From NCBI GenBank assembly GCA_964439915.1, contig CAYTQT010000008.1, positions 10,399 through 74,398 on the forward strand: 64,000 bases of DNA, read 5' to 3'. Positions 41,531 through 49,780 of the stretch are shown in pieces. The notes under the pieces are model-generated. The model was not told where the DNA came from and did not search any database. It saw only the letters and a list, made by a program, of their open reading frames with translations. This DNA is from an uncultured Wenzhouxiangella sp. Its GTDB lineage: Bacteria > Pseudomonadota > Gammaproteobacteria > Xanthomonadales > Wenzhouxiangellaceae. Each line of letters starts with the position of its first letter. Position 1 is the first letter of the stretch. The translations under genes and the position numbers were made by a program.

Positions 41531-43974
41531 CGCTGCCCCTTCAGCTGTCCCGCAGCCTGTAGACGCCCGATCGACCAGGACGGTATCAATCCGGCCAGCA
41601 ATCCGGCGGTCAGGGCGATCGGCAGGAGCTGAATCCAGGGCAGGAGAGTGAACTCCAGGGGAACGCTCCAACCGAAAGCCCTCGGCTGAACTGCCAGCGA
41701 CAGTACGGCATGGATCAGCGCGCTGATCGGAATCGCGAGCAGGGCCGCGACCAGCGCCAGGCCGACGGTCTGGGTCAGGACCCAGCGGGTCAGTCCGCCA
41801 CGCGTCAGGCCCAGGGCCCGCAGCGTGGCGTATTCGCGCCTGCGCTCCAGACCCAGCGCCATCAGCGCGCTGACCAGGGAAATCACCGCGATCAGGCCGA
41901 CCAGCAGTGCCAGGGCCTGGGTGATGCGGAAGGTCCGGTCGAAGACCCCCAGCGTGATCCTGCGCACCTCCTCACGCAGGGTCAGGTCGAGCCGGGACGG
42001 TGCCAGGTCGAGCCGATCTGCCAGCTCGATCAGGTCCGGAATGCGATGGTCCGGAGCCAGGTACAGACCGACGCTGTCGCGTGAACTATCGTTGAACCAT
42101 TGTCTGAACCAGGCGCCTGCCACGGCGATCTGGCCGCTGTCGTTGGCATAATCCCGATAGATCCCGACGATCGGGCGCTCGATGGTCCCCGAGGGCGTGG
42201 TCAAGGCAATGCTTTCGCCGAGGGATACGGCCTGCCGCCGCGCCAGGGGTTCGGAAACAAGCAGGCCCAGACCCTGATCGAAGCGATGCCAGTCTTCCGT
42301 TTCGCCGCCGGCCAGAAACTCGAAGCCCTGGCGAGCCACCGGGGGCAGGTCGTAGCCCACCAGCTGGGTGCCGTCGGCTCGACGGAACTGGCGCACTGAG
42401 GATACGGCTCGAAACTCCGCCCAGTCGGACTGGATCGATTCGAACTGCGCCGGTGAAATGGACTCGCCCTGAACGCTCAGATAGACATCGGCTCTGAGCA
42501 GACGGGTGACCCAGTCATCCACCGCAGAACGAAAGCCGTCTACCATCAGCGCCATCCCGGCACTGAGACCGAGGGCCAGGCTCAGAGCAGCCATGCTGGG
42601 CCCAAGTCGCTGTCGCGAAGCCGCTAGCATGCCCAGGGCCCGCCCGGCAAGACTGCCGGGTCCGAGCCTGCGAATGCCCCCGACCAGCGCCATGGCAAGA
42701 CCGGGGACCACGATCGCGCAGGCGCTCAGCCAGAGGAACAGGCTCAGCAGAGCTGCAACCAGATGGCTGGTGGTCAACAGTACGATGGTGCCCAGGGCGG
42801 CCAGTCCGATCGCGGCCAGCCAGAGCCTGCCCGGGGAGGTGGTGCGGGTCGAGCCACGACCGAGCTGGCCGGGGGGGATCCGCAAGGCAGAAGCAATCAG
42901 CCCGGAAACACTCAGGCAGGCCAGACCGAGGGTCAGACCGAGAATCCCCAGATACAGGGTCCGGCTCGGCAGGATCTGCTGGCCGGTGACCATGCCGTAG
43001 AGCTCTGCGCTTGGATTCTGGATCAGGACCAGCAGGGCGCGGGCCAGCTCGGTGCCCAGCACCAGCCCGAACAGGGTTCCGATCAGCGTCAGTGCCGAAA
43101 CTTCCAGCAGCAGCCACAGGCGCAGTTGTCCCGGGGTCACGCCAAGTGAGCGGCTCAGACCGATCTGGCGGCGGCGCTGGACCAGCAGGAACGACAGCAC
43201 GGAGTGGACAACGAACAGGCCGACGACCAGCGCCAGCAGGCTCAGTGCGGTCAGGTTGATCCTGAGCCCGGAGGTCAGGCGCTCCACACTGGCGATTCGA
43301 TCGCTGGACTCGACCATTTTCAGGCGCGCATCCAGATGCTCGTCCAGCCAGGCCCCGGATCCGGCAGGTGCGCTGATCCAGGACAGTCGACCCGACATGT
43401 TCAGGAGCTGCTGCGCCCCGCTCAGATCCATCAGCAGGCGATTGTCGAGCCAGCGTTCGCCGGCCAGAACGGCGAGGATGTCCAGATTAGTGGTCCGACC
43501 ATCGATGCGGACGCTGACCTGCTCGTCGGCGGTCACGGCCAGGCGCTCGGCCGTGGCCCGATTGATGATGACTCCCCGGGGGTTGGCGAGCAGGCCCGTG
43601 GCCGTCCCTCGATGCGCCGCCAGGGTCTGGCCGGCGCTGGCGCTGATCGGGTCGGTCGCTAGCAGCTCCAGAATGATATCCGCGGAGCGCACCCGTTCGG
43701 AGATGAAGGGAATCAGCGCTGGACTGCCGGGCTGCCGCAACAGCTCGCTGAACACCTGTTCATCAAGCGCCGTTCCCGGGGGTGCCTCGATCCGCAGGCT
43801 GTTGTCGCCCGCCAGGGCTCTGGCGGCCGCATCGAGAGAATCGAGCATGGTGTTGCGCATCAGAGCCACCCCGGTGACCACCGCCACCCCGGCTGCGACA
43901 CCGACCAGCGCAAGCGCCAGCTGCGCCGGCTGGCGCATGAAGAACTGCCAGGATGCTTTCAACAGGATCTTCAT
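41527..43974 (-). CDS. ABC transporter permease, duplicated FtsX/MacB-type (8-10 TM, two large periplasmic loops)
   Basis: 815 aa with two FtsX-like modules, each ending in a 3-TM bundle (e.g. EYATLRALGLTRGGLTRWVLTQT...). 4-nt overlap with the upstream ATPase gene. Confidence 0.85.
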   Translation of the reverse strand: MKILLKASWQFFMRQPAQLALALVGVAAGVAVVTGVALMRNTMLDSLDAAARALAGDNSLRIEAPPGTALDEQVFSELLRQPGSPALIPFISERVRSADIILELLATDPISASAGQTLAAHRGTATGLLANPRGVIINRATAERLAVTADEQVSVRIDGRTTNLDILAVLAGERWLDNRLLMDLSGAQQLLNMSGRLSWISAPAGSGAWLDEHLDARLKMVESSDRIASVERLTSGLRINLTALSLLALVVGLFVVHSVLSFLLVQRRRQIGLSRSLGVTPGQLRLWLLLEVSALTLIGTLFGLVLGTELARALLVLIQNPSAELYGMVTGQQILPSRTLYLGILGLTLGLACLSVSGLIASALRIPPGQLGRGSTRTTSPGRLWLAAIGLAALGTIVLLTTSHLVAALLSLFLWLSACAIVVPGLAMALVGGIRRLGPGSLAGRALGMLAASRQRLGPSMAALSLALGLSAGMALMVDGFRSAVDDWVTRLLRADVYLSVQGESISPAQFESIQSDWAEFRAVSSVRQFRRADGTQLVGYDLPPVARQGFEFLAGGETEDWHRFDQGLGLLVSEPLARRQAVSLGESIALTTPSGTIERPIVGIYRDYANDSGQIAVAGAWFRQWFNDSSRDSVGLYLAPDHRIPDLIELADRLDLAPSRLDLTLREEVRRITLGVFDRTFRITQALALLVGLIAVISLVSALMALGLERRREYATLRALGLTRGGLTRWVLTQTVGLALVAALLAIPISALIHAVLSLAVQPRAFGWSVPLEFTLLPWIQLLPIALTAGLLAGLIPSWSIGRLQAAGQLKGQR

Positions 43975-44651
43975 CGCGCTGTTGCGAGCTGCCCGTGGGT
44001 CAGATAGAGCGTGTCGTCCATGCGGGCCGCCGCGTCCTGGTTGTGCGTGACCATGAGGACGGCGCAGTCGAGCGCTCGTACGCTCTGGTCGAACAGATCC
44101 AGGACGATGTCCGCGCTGTCTGGATCGAGGCTGCCGGTCGGTTCGTCGGCCAGGATGAGTGCGGGCTGATGAATCAGTGCGCGCGCGATCGCGGCCCGCT
44201 GCTTTTCACCTCCGGAAAGCTGGGCCGGGAATCGATTCATGAGCCGAGCGATGCCGAGTGAGTCGCACAGCGCCTCAATCGCCTCCCGATCGGTCTGGAG
44301 TGCGGTCAACCAGGGCACCATGGCGATGTTGTCGTAGACAGTCAGGCTTTCCACCAGGTTGAAGTCCTGAAATACCAGCCCGACCCGACGCGCTCGAAAT
44401 CGAGTCAACGCCGGCTCCCGCAGGCCATCAAGCGCCTGACCGTCCAGGGTGATCGTGCCGGCGTCGGGGCGATCCATGCCGGCGGCCAGATGGAGCAGGG
44501 TGCTCTTGCCGGAGCCCGAAGCGCCCATGATCGCCAGTCGTTGACCGGCCGCCAGATCGAGATCGACCCCGTCGAGAACCTTGACGGTGTCCATGCCCGA
44601 TCGAAAGTGCCGGCTGACGCCTTCCAGACTGAGCAGTGCATCAGAATTCAC
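43971..44651 (-). CDS. ABC transporter ATP-binding protein (MacB/LolD-like)
   Basis: 226 aa from GTG 44651 (VNSDALLSLEGVSRHF...). Walker A GASGSGKST, signature LSGGEKQR, Walker B LILADEPTGSLD. The rest of the 370-aa track ORF overlaps the DUF3429 gene and was rejected. Confidence 0.9.
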   Translation of the reverse strand: MNSDALLSLEGVSRHFRSGMDTVKVLDGVDLDLAAGQRLAIMGASGSGKSTLLHLAAGMDRPDAGTITLDGQALDGLREPALTRFRARRVGLVFQDFNLVESLTVYDNIAMVPWLTALQTDREAIEALCDSLGIARLMNRFPAQLSGGEKQRAAIARALIHQPALILADEPTGSLDPDSADIVLDLFDQSVRALDCAVLMVTHNQDAAARMDDTLYLTHGQLATAR

Positions 44652-45094
44652 AGGAACGCTCCGAGGAGGGCGGTGATAACGAGCAGCGCCGTGGCCAGGC
44701 TGCTCAAACGCAACCTGAGACGTCCATACCAGGGGGCGTGGATGGTCTGCTGCCAGGGTGCGTCGAGCCAAAGGTGCGCGCCAAAGCCCAGGGCCAGTAA
44801 TGAGGCCGCGCCCGGCAGCGGGAGCAGAATGGCGGGCCAGGCCCCGAGCAGGATCAGATTGCTCGCCAGCACCCGCCAGGTGGTCGCTCTGTGACCAAGG
44901 ATTGCCTCCATCCAGAGGGTTCCGCACAGGAAGGAAAGGATCAGCAGGCAGTAGGTGATCAACAGGGGTGTCAGCTGGGCCGGGAGGGCGATGATCGAAA
45001 CCAGGGGCAGCATCAGAAACGGGAGCATGCCGCCCCAGCCGAGACCCTTCACGATCGGTCGGAGTCGATCGGGTGTAGCGCATTGATGGCTCAT
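44648..45094 (-). CDS. DUF3429-like membrane protein
   Basis: 148 aa from MSHQ... GLGWGGMLPFLMLPL ... YCLLILSFLCGTLWM fits the DUF3429 pattern as recalled. Its stop overlaps the ATPase GTG (GTGA). Confidence 0.55.
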   Translation of the reverse strand: MSHQCATPDRLRPIVKGLGWGGMLPFLMLPLVSIIALPAQLTPLLITYCLLILSFLCGTLWMEAILGHRATTWRVLASNLILLGAWPAILLPLPGAASLLALGFGAHLWLDAPWQQTIHAPWYGRLRLRLSSLATALLVITALLGAFL

Positions 45095-45160
45095 GACGGA
45101 TAAATCTGGTGTGGTCTGCTTGCAGTTTAGAGCGCTGGCATGCATGATCGTGTCGCCAGA

Positions 45161-45197
45161 AATAAAAAGCCCCTGACCGGGAGCCGTGGTCAGGGGC
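45161..45197 (-). terminator. Strong minus-strand intrinsic terminator with no annotated gene feeding into it
   Basis: 10-bp stem gcccctgacc (45169-45178) / ggtcaggggc (45188-45197). The minus-strand reading is followed by ctttttatt. Confidence 0.5.
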
Positions 45198-45407
45198 TAT
45201 GGTGCACGTCCGAAACGGTGGAGGGAGTCAGGGCCTTGGAGGGACCGCTCCGAACGCGGGATCAAGTATCAGCAGATCCGGTGAACTGTCCGTGAACGCG
45301 CGTTGCACGTGCTCGTTGTCCGGAACTCGACGCAGTGGTCGCAGTCATATAAACATGCCGATCAGCGCGCGGTTGGAAGTTTTGGCTTGATCCGGGCACT
45401 GATTTAT

Positions 45408-45436
45408 TTGGCAGAATGCGCTTTTTGTGGTAGTCT
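45408..45436 (+). promoter_or_regulatory. Candidate sigma70 promoter TTGGCA-N17-TAGTCT with extended -10 TG
   Basis: -35 at 45408-45413, TG at 45428-45429, -10 at 45431-45436. Sits in an AT-richer stretch of a 496-bp intergenic region. Confidence 0.4.
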
Positions 45437-45442
45437 TACCAC

Positions 45443-45546
45443 CAACCTTGGCAAGTCTGCAACGATTTGCAGGGTTCGCAGGGCGCGAAGCGAGGTACAT
45501 CACTCCGATAGATTGCCCCTCCCCGACCAGGGGAGGGGTTTTTTTT
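45443..45546 (+). ncRNA. Candidate ~100-nt small RNA (promoter to intrinsic terminator), upstream of panD
   Basis: Lies between the predicted promoter and the terminator. Internal hairpin ctgcaa-cgat-ttgcag. The long 3' U-tract is typical of Hfq-type sRNAs. No plausible ORF. Confidence 0.3.
45516..45546 (+). terminator. Strong intrinsic terminator (9-bp G/C stem plus T8)
   Basis: cccctcccc (45516-45524) / ggggagggg (45530-45538), then tttttttt (45539-45546). Confidence 0.75.
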
Positions 45547-45641
45547 GCCTTCGCTTTCCATCGGGGTTGCCCCGATTTTCTCCTGCGATCCGAATCAGGC
45601 GGTCTTGAAACTCAATAAAGCATTTTCGAGAAGGTGTTGTC

Positions 45642-46022
45642 ATGCAGATCAATCTCCTCAAGGCGAAGATCCATCGCGCCACGGTTACCCAGGTCGAGCT
45701 GGATTATGAAGGCTCCTGCGCCATCGACGAAGCCCTGCTTGAAGCCTCTGATATCAGGGAATACGAACAGATTCACATCTACAACATCACCAGCGGCGAG
45801 CGCTTTGTCACCTATGCGATCCGCGCCGAACGCGACAGCGGTGTGATCAGCGTGAACGGCGCTGCTGCCCACAAGGCATCGGTCGGCGATCTGGTCATCA
45901 TTGCCGCCTATGCCTCGATGAACGAGGCCCAGGCCGACCAGTTCCAGCCACGACTCGTCTATCCGGACCAGGCCAACCGCATCCGGAAGATCGGCAGCGC
46001 CATTCCGGTTCAGGCTGCTTGA
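45642..46022 (+). CDS. panD: Aspartate 1-decarboxylase
   Basis: 126 aa. [36 protein letters not shown] includes the G-S self-cleavage site of the pyruvoyl enzyme. Confidence 0.95.
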   Translation: MQINLLKAKIHRATVTQVELDYEGSCAIDEALLEASDIREYEQIHIYNITSGERFVTYAIRAERDSGVISVNGAAAHKASVGDLVIIAAYASMNEAQADQFQPRLVYPDQANRIRKIGSAIPVQAA

Positions 46023-46069
46023 ACGCGATAAGTGTTGCGTAAAAACAACACGACGTCAGTCCGCGCCGC

Positions 46070-47506
46070 ATGAACACGACCGACCCGACGGATCGGACGC
46101 GCTGGGTTCTCGATACGAGCCGTGTTCCACTGAGCGCCGATCAGCGCGCTGACTGCCGGGAAGAGATGGCTGCCAGCGGTCTGGCTCTGGCGGTCGAGCG
46201 GTTGTTTTCCGGAGAAGCGGTCAATCCGAGTGAGAATCAGCCAGCGCTCCACATGGCGCTGCGCGCCCATTCGCCTGATCGCTGGCCGGGTCAGGGCCTC
46301 GACCCGGAGCTGATCGAGCAGCGAGAGCGCTTCCTTCAACTGGCCGAACAGCTCCATTCAGGCTCGATGGGGATCAACGACCTGATTCATGTCGGTATCG
46401 GAGGCTCCGATCTTGGGCCCCGCCTGCTGCTCGAAGCGCTTGGCGACTCATCATCGGCTCTGCGGGTGCATTGTCTTTCCACACTCGATCACCGCGCGCT
46501 CCAGCGCCTGCTGGGCTCGCTCGATCCGGCACGGACCGGCCTGATCGTCGCCTCGAAGTCCTTCACCACTGAAGAAACACTGCTCCAGGCCCGGACCGTC
46601 GCGAGCTGGCTGGGCGAGAATTTTGTCGCCCGGTCCTGGGCTGCGACCGCCCGCGCCGACCGCGCGGTGGCATTCGGGTTCGAGCCGGATGCCGTACTAG
46701 GGTTTCCCGCCTGGACCGGGGGGCGCTTTTCGATGTGGTCCTCGGTCGGCACCAGTGCGGCTGCCGCGATGGGGCGGGAGCGCTTCGAGTCCCTGCTCGC
46801 CGGGGCAGCCGCGGCGGACGCCGATTTTCATCAGGCCAGTGTCCAGAGCAGCAACGACCAGCTGGCCCACGAGCTGGCCGGTCTGATGCACGGTCTGTGC
46901 CGCCGGCTTGATCTGGCCACGCTCGGTGTGGTGGCTTACGACCCGCGTCTGGCGCTGCTCGGCGACTACCTGCAGCAGCTTGTGATGGAAAGTCTGGGCA
47001 AACGCGTCGATCTGTCGGACCGGCCGCTGCGCCAGCCAACCGCGCCGCTGGTGTTTTCAGGACGCGGTACGGACGCCCAGCACGCGATGTTCCAGGCCTT
47101 CCATCAGGGCAATGCTGACCATCCCCTGATCCTGGTCGGGACCCTTGAGGACCCGTCGGTGGATCCCGAGTGGCAGCGCACCCAGCTGGCTCATCTTCTC
47201 GGCCAGGCTGAAGCCTTCGCGCGGGGCATTCGATCCGAACGGCCCTGTCAGGAACTGCCCGGCGGCCGCCCCGTCAGTCTCCTGATGGCCGATGCGCTGA
47301 GCCCCCGGGGTCTGGGCTATCTTCTGGCCAGCTTCGAGCATGCGGTGTTCGTGCTGGCGGTGCTGTGGGGCGTCAATCCCTTCGACCAGTGGGGAGTTGA
47401 AGAGGGCAAGCGCCTGGCCCGGGAATTCAAGAAAAAGCTTGAAACCGTGCCGTTCAGTCTGGAAGATCTGCCTAGGGCCGCAAATTTCTTGAAAGAATCC
47501 GAGTAG
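46070..47506 (+). CDS. pgi: Glucose-6-phosphate isomerase
   Basis: 478 aa. HVGIGGSDLGPRLL, IVASKSFTTEETL, GGRFSMWSSVG, and QQLVMESLGK are PGI signatures. Confidence 0.9.
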   Translation: MNTTDPTDRTRWVLDTSRVPLSADQRADCREEMAASGLALAVERLFSGEAVNPSENQPALHMALRAHSPDRWPGQGLDPELIEQRERFLQLAEQLHSGSMGINDLIHVGIGGSDLGPRLLLEALGDSSSALRVHCLSTLDHRALQRLLGSLDPARTGLIVASKSFTTEETLLQARTVASWLGENFVARSWAATARADRAVAFGFEPDAVLGFPAWTGGRFSMWSSVGTSAAAAMGRERFESLLAGAAAADADFHQASVQSSNDQLAHELAGLMHGLCRRLDLATLGVVAYDPRLALLGDYLQQLVMESLGKRVDLSDRPLRQPTAPLVFSGRGTDAQHAMFQAFHQGNADHPLILVGTLEDPSVDPEWQRTQLAHLLGQAEAFARGIRSERPCQELPGGRPVSLLMADALSPRGLGYLLASFEHAVFVLAVLWGVNPFDQWGVEEGKRLAREFKKKLETVPFSLEDLPRAANFLKESE

Positions 47507-47617
47507 TCTGGCGGTCTGATGGAGTGTTCTTTCGGTTCACGGCCGATCGAATCCCTGGTCGGAACGATCCGGCTGGATCATTAACGCACGTTCAATCTTT
47601 CGATGGAGATCAACACG

Positions 47618-47977
47618 ATGGCTGACAAGAAAACGATTCTCACTGCACTCGGTACTGTTTCTGCCCTGTCCCTGTCCGCGGCTGCTGTTGCTGGTCAGGC
47701 ACCTGCTGGCGAGCTGTTCCAGGCCGACAGCCTGGATGCCGGTTTCATGCTCGATCAGCCGAACTTCGGCGACGAAGGGTCCTGTGGCGAGGGGTCCTGT
47801 GGTGAAGGCTCCTGTGGGGAAGGTGAGGAAGACAAGGACAAGGACGCCGAAGGCTCCTGCGGCGAAGGCTCCTGCGGCGAAGGGTCCTGTGGTGAGGGCG
47901 AGGGCGACGAGGACAAGGACGCCGAGGGTTCCTGCGGTGAAGGTTCCTGTGGCGAAGGATCCTGCGGCGCAGCCTGA
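47618..47977 (+). CDS. Secreted Cys-repeat RiPP precursor candidate (HvfA / EGKCG-oxazolin-type bufferin relative; here EGSCG x9)
   Basis: GGAGA SD 8 nt before the ATG at 47618. Sec signal ...ALSLSAAAVAGQAPA. Three blocks of EGSCGEGSCGEGSCG are separated by acidic spacers EGEEDKDKDA and EGEGDEDKDA. A DUF692 gene lies directly downstream. Confidence 0.75.
   Translation: MADKKTILTALGTVSALSLSAAAVAGQAPAGELFQADSLDAGFMLDQPNFGDEGSCGEGSCGEGSCGEGEEDKDKDAEGSCGEGSCGEGSCGEGEGDEDKDAEGSCGEGSCGEGSCGAA
47774..47974 (+). repeat. In-frame 75-bp tandem repeat (2.7 copies) encoding (EGSCG)3 plus acidic spacer
   Basis: Units start at about 47774, 47849 and 47924. Synonymous differences between copies (tgt/tgc, ggc/ggt/ggg) preserve the peptide repeat. 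Confidence 0.9.
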
Positions 47978-47991
47978 CGCTGACGTTCGCG

Positions 47992-48825
47992 ATGAATCCC
48001 GGGCAATTCCCTGTTCAGGGAGCTGGCTTGGGCCTGAGGCGGGCCCTTCTGGGTCCGCTTCAGGATATCGAGGGCCGACAGCCGGACTTTCTTGAAGTCG
48101 CACCGGAGAACTGGATCGGCGTCGGCGGCAAACTGGGCCGCCAGTTCCGGTCCTGCAGCGAGCGCTATCCCTTGCTTGTTCACGGGCTGTCGCTGTCGCT
48201 TGGCGCGCCAGAACCGCTGGATGAGGGCTATATTCAGCGGCTGCGGCGCTTTCTCGATGAAAACGATGTCGCCCTGTATTCCGATCACCTGAGCTACTGC
48301 TCCGAACATGGCCATCTGTATGATCTGATGCCGCTTCCCTTTCTTGAGGAGACCGTGGCCTGGGTCGCCGATCGCATCAGTCGAGTCCAGGACCTGCTTG
48401 AACGCCAGATCGCTGTGGAAAACATTTCCTACTACGCCGATCCCGGTTCGGATATGAGCGAGCTGGATTTCATCAAGGCCGTGATCGAGCGCGCCGACTG
48501 CAAACTCCTCCTCGACGTCAACAATATTCACGTCAACAGCGTCAATCACGGCTATGACGCAGACACTTTCCTCGACGGTCTGCCATCCGAACGCGTCGCC
48601 TACATCCACATTGCCGGCCACCATCACGAGGCCGAAGACCTGATCGTCGATACCCACGGTGCCGCCGTGGCCGATCCCGTCTGGGGCCTGCTGGATCGAG
48701 CCTACGAGCGACTCGGTCCGGTGCCCACGCTGCTCGAGCGTGATTTCAACTTCCCCCCGTTTGACGAACTTCTCAGAGAAGTCGATCTGATCCGCGGGTA
48801 TCAGGAGCGCGCCCGAGTCGCCTGA
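47992..48825 (+). CDS. DUF692-family multinuclear non-heme iron oxidase (MNIO; HvfB/BufB/MbnB-like RiPP maturase)
   Basis: 277 aa. GLGLRR, DFLEVAPENW, HGLSLSLG, SDHLSY, AVENISYY, LLLDVNNIHVNSVNHG, IHIAGH, DTHG and LLERDFNFP are typical DUF692 (UPF0276) TIM-barrel motifs. Confidence 0.9.
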   Translation: MNPGQFPVQGAGLGLRRALLGPLQDIEGRQPDFLEVAPENWIGVGGKLGRQFRSCSERYPLLVHGLSLSLGAPEPLDEGYIQRLRRFLDENDVALYSDHLSYCSEHGHLYDLMPLPFLEETVAWVADRISRVQDLLERQIAVENISYYADPGSDMSELDFIKAVIERADCKLLLDVNNIHVNSVNHGYDADTFLDGLPSERVAYIHIAGHHHEAEDLIVDTHGAAVADPVWGLLDRAYERLGPVPTLLERDFNFPPFDELLREVDLIRGYQERARVA

Positions 48826-48952
48826 TCGTCGGTTCCGGGCACAGCACTCGGCCGCCCTGACGGCCGCCTCCCAGCTGCAGCTGCAATAAAATCTCCAAAG
48901 CGCCGGTCTGATGGGCAACTCCGAATCGATATCCCCTTGAAAGGAACACGCC

Positions 48953-49630
48953 ATGCTTGACTACTACGACCGTCTGACCGATCGACTGCGTGCTGCCGGT
49001 GACTGGATTGCGCCACTCGGCCTTAGACTGTTGCTGGCCCACGCCTTTCTCGATGCCGGTCTGAACAAACTTTCTGCCGGAACGCAGGCACCCTCCTGGT
49101 TCGCCAACCAGGAATTCGTGGTCCCGTTCGGCTTGCTGTCGGCCAATATGAACTGGTTCATGGTGACCTGGGGCGAGATTCTGGCCGGCATCGGGATGGC
49201 TCTGGGTCTGTTCACGCGCTTCTTTGCGCTCAGTCTGATCGTGATTACCGTGGTAGCGATCGCCGCGGTGCACTGGCCCTCGAGCTGGGATAGCCTGGGC
49301 CAGCTCTGGGAGGGTTATTCGGTCTCTCGGGTCGTCGAGGACGGCGAGTTTCGCGGCAACTACCGGATTCCGCTCCTGTTCCTGGTCATGCTCCTGCCGC
49401 TGGTCCTGATGGGGGGTGGAAAGCTCAGTCTGGATCAATTCCTTCTCAAACTTACCGACCGAAGCGACCTCATCCACGGTCGGGCCGAGGATGGTCTGGC
49501 CATTGGCCTGGGCCTGATGCTTCTGGCGCTGATGAGTGTTTATCTCATCACTAGTTGGGCGATCGTGCTGTTCCTGCTGGCTGTACTTCTGATCGCCGGA
49601 TTCCTGAGAAATCAGCGTCGATCGAGCTGA
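48953..49630 (+). CDS. DoxX-family membrane protein (HvfX-like), extended to 225 aa
   Basis: AAGGAA SD. LGLRLLLAHAFLDAGLNKL ... WGEILAGIGMALGLFTRFFALSLIV is DoxX-like. Additional C-terminal TM helices are present. Confidence 0.7.
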   Translation: MLDYYDRLTDRLRAAGDWIAPLGLRLLLAHAFLDAGLNKLSAGTQAPSWFANQEFVVPFGLLSANMNWFMVTWGEILAGIGMALGLFTRFFALSLIVITVVAIAAVHWPSSWDSLGQLWEGYSVSRVVEDGEFRGNYRIPLLFLVMLLPLVLMGGGKLSLDQFLLKLTDRSDLIHGRAEDGLAIGLGLMLLALMSVYLITSWAIVLFLLAVLLIAGFLRNQRRSS

Positions 49631-49780
49631 TTCCTGCACGGGGCCGGCGCAGCGCTGCGAACGGCCCCGGATTCCGGCATACTTCGGGCTGAAAGAGCGA
49701 CCCCGGAACTCTGGAAACCCGACTCGATCCGAGCCCGGTGTCTGGGTCATCGCTATCCATTGCCGAGGAAGGAGCCTGAC

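Noticed and set aside
44652-45083. 144-aa N-terminal extension of the ABC ATPase ORF (track ORF 43971-45083).
   Set aside because: It overlaps the DUF3429 gene in another frame and is Pro/Arg/Gly-rich. GTG at 44651 gives a standard 226-aa ATPase beginning just before the Walker A region and forms a GTGA overlap with the upstream stop.
45199-45270. Possible tRNA/tmRNA 3' end, because the minus strand reads ...ctccaccg... and ...gcacca just before the terminator.
   Set aside because: No T-loop (GGTTCGAAT-type) sequence, no acceptor-stem complement and no tmRNA tag-ORF-like region could be found by eye. No similarity to RNase P, SRP or 6S conserved cores as recalled.
47774-47974. Short, regularly spaced direct repeats that could be mistaken for a CRISPR array or a VNTR.
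   Set aside because: The repeats are in frame within a signal-peptide ORF and encode (EGSCG)3 plus acidic spacers. The differences between copies are synonymous. There are no unique spacers of CRISPR size and no cas genes.
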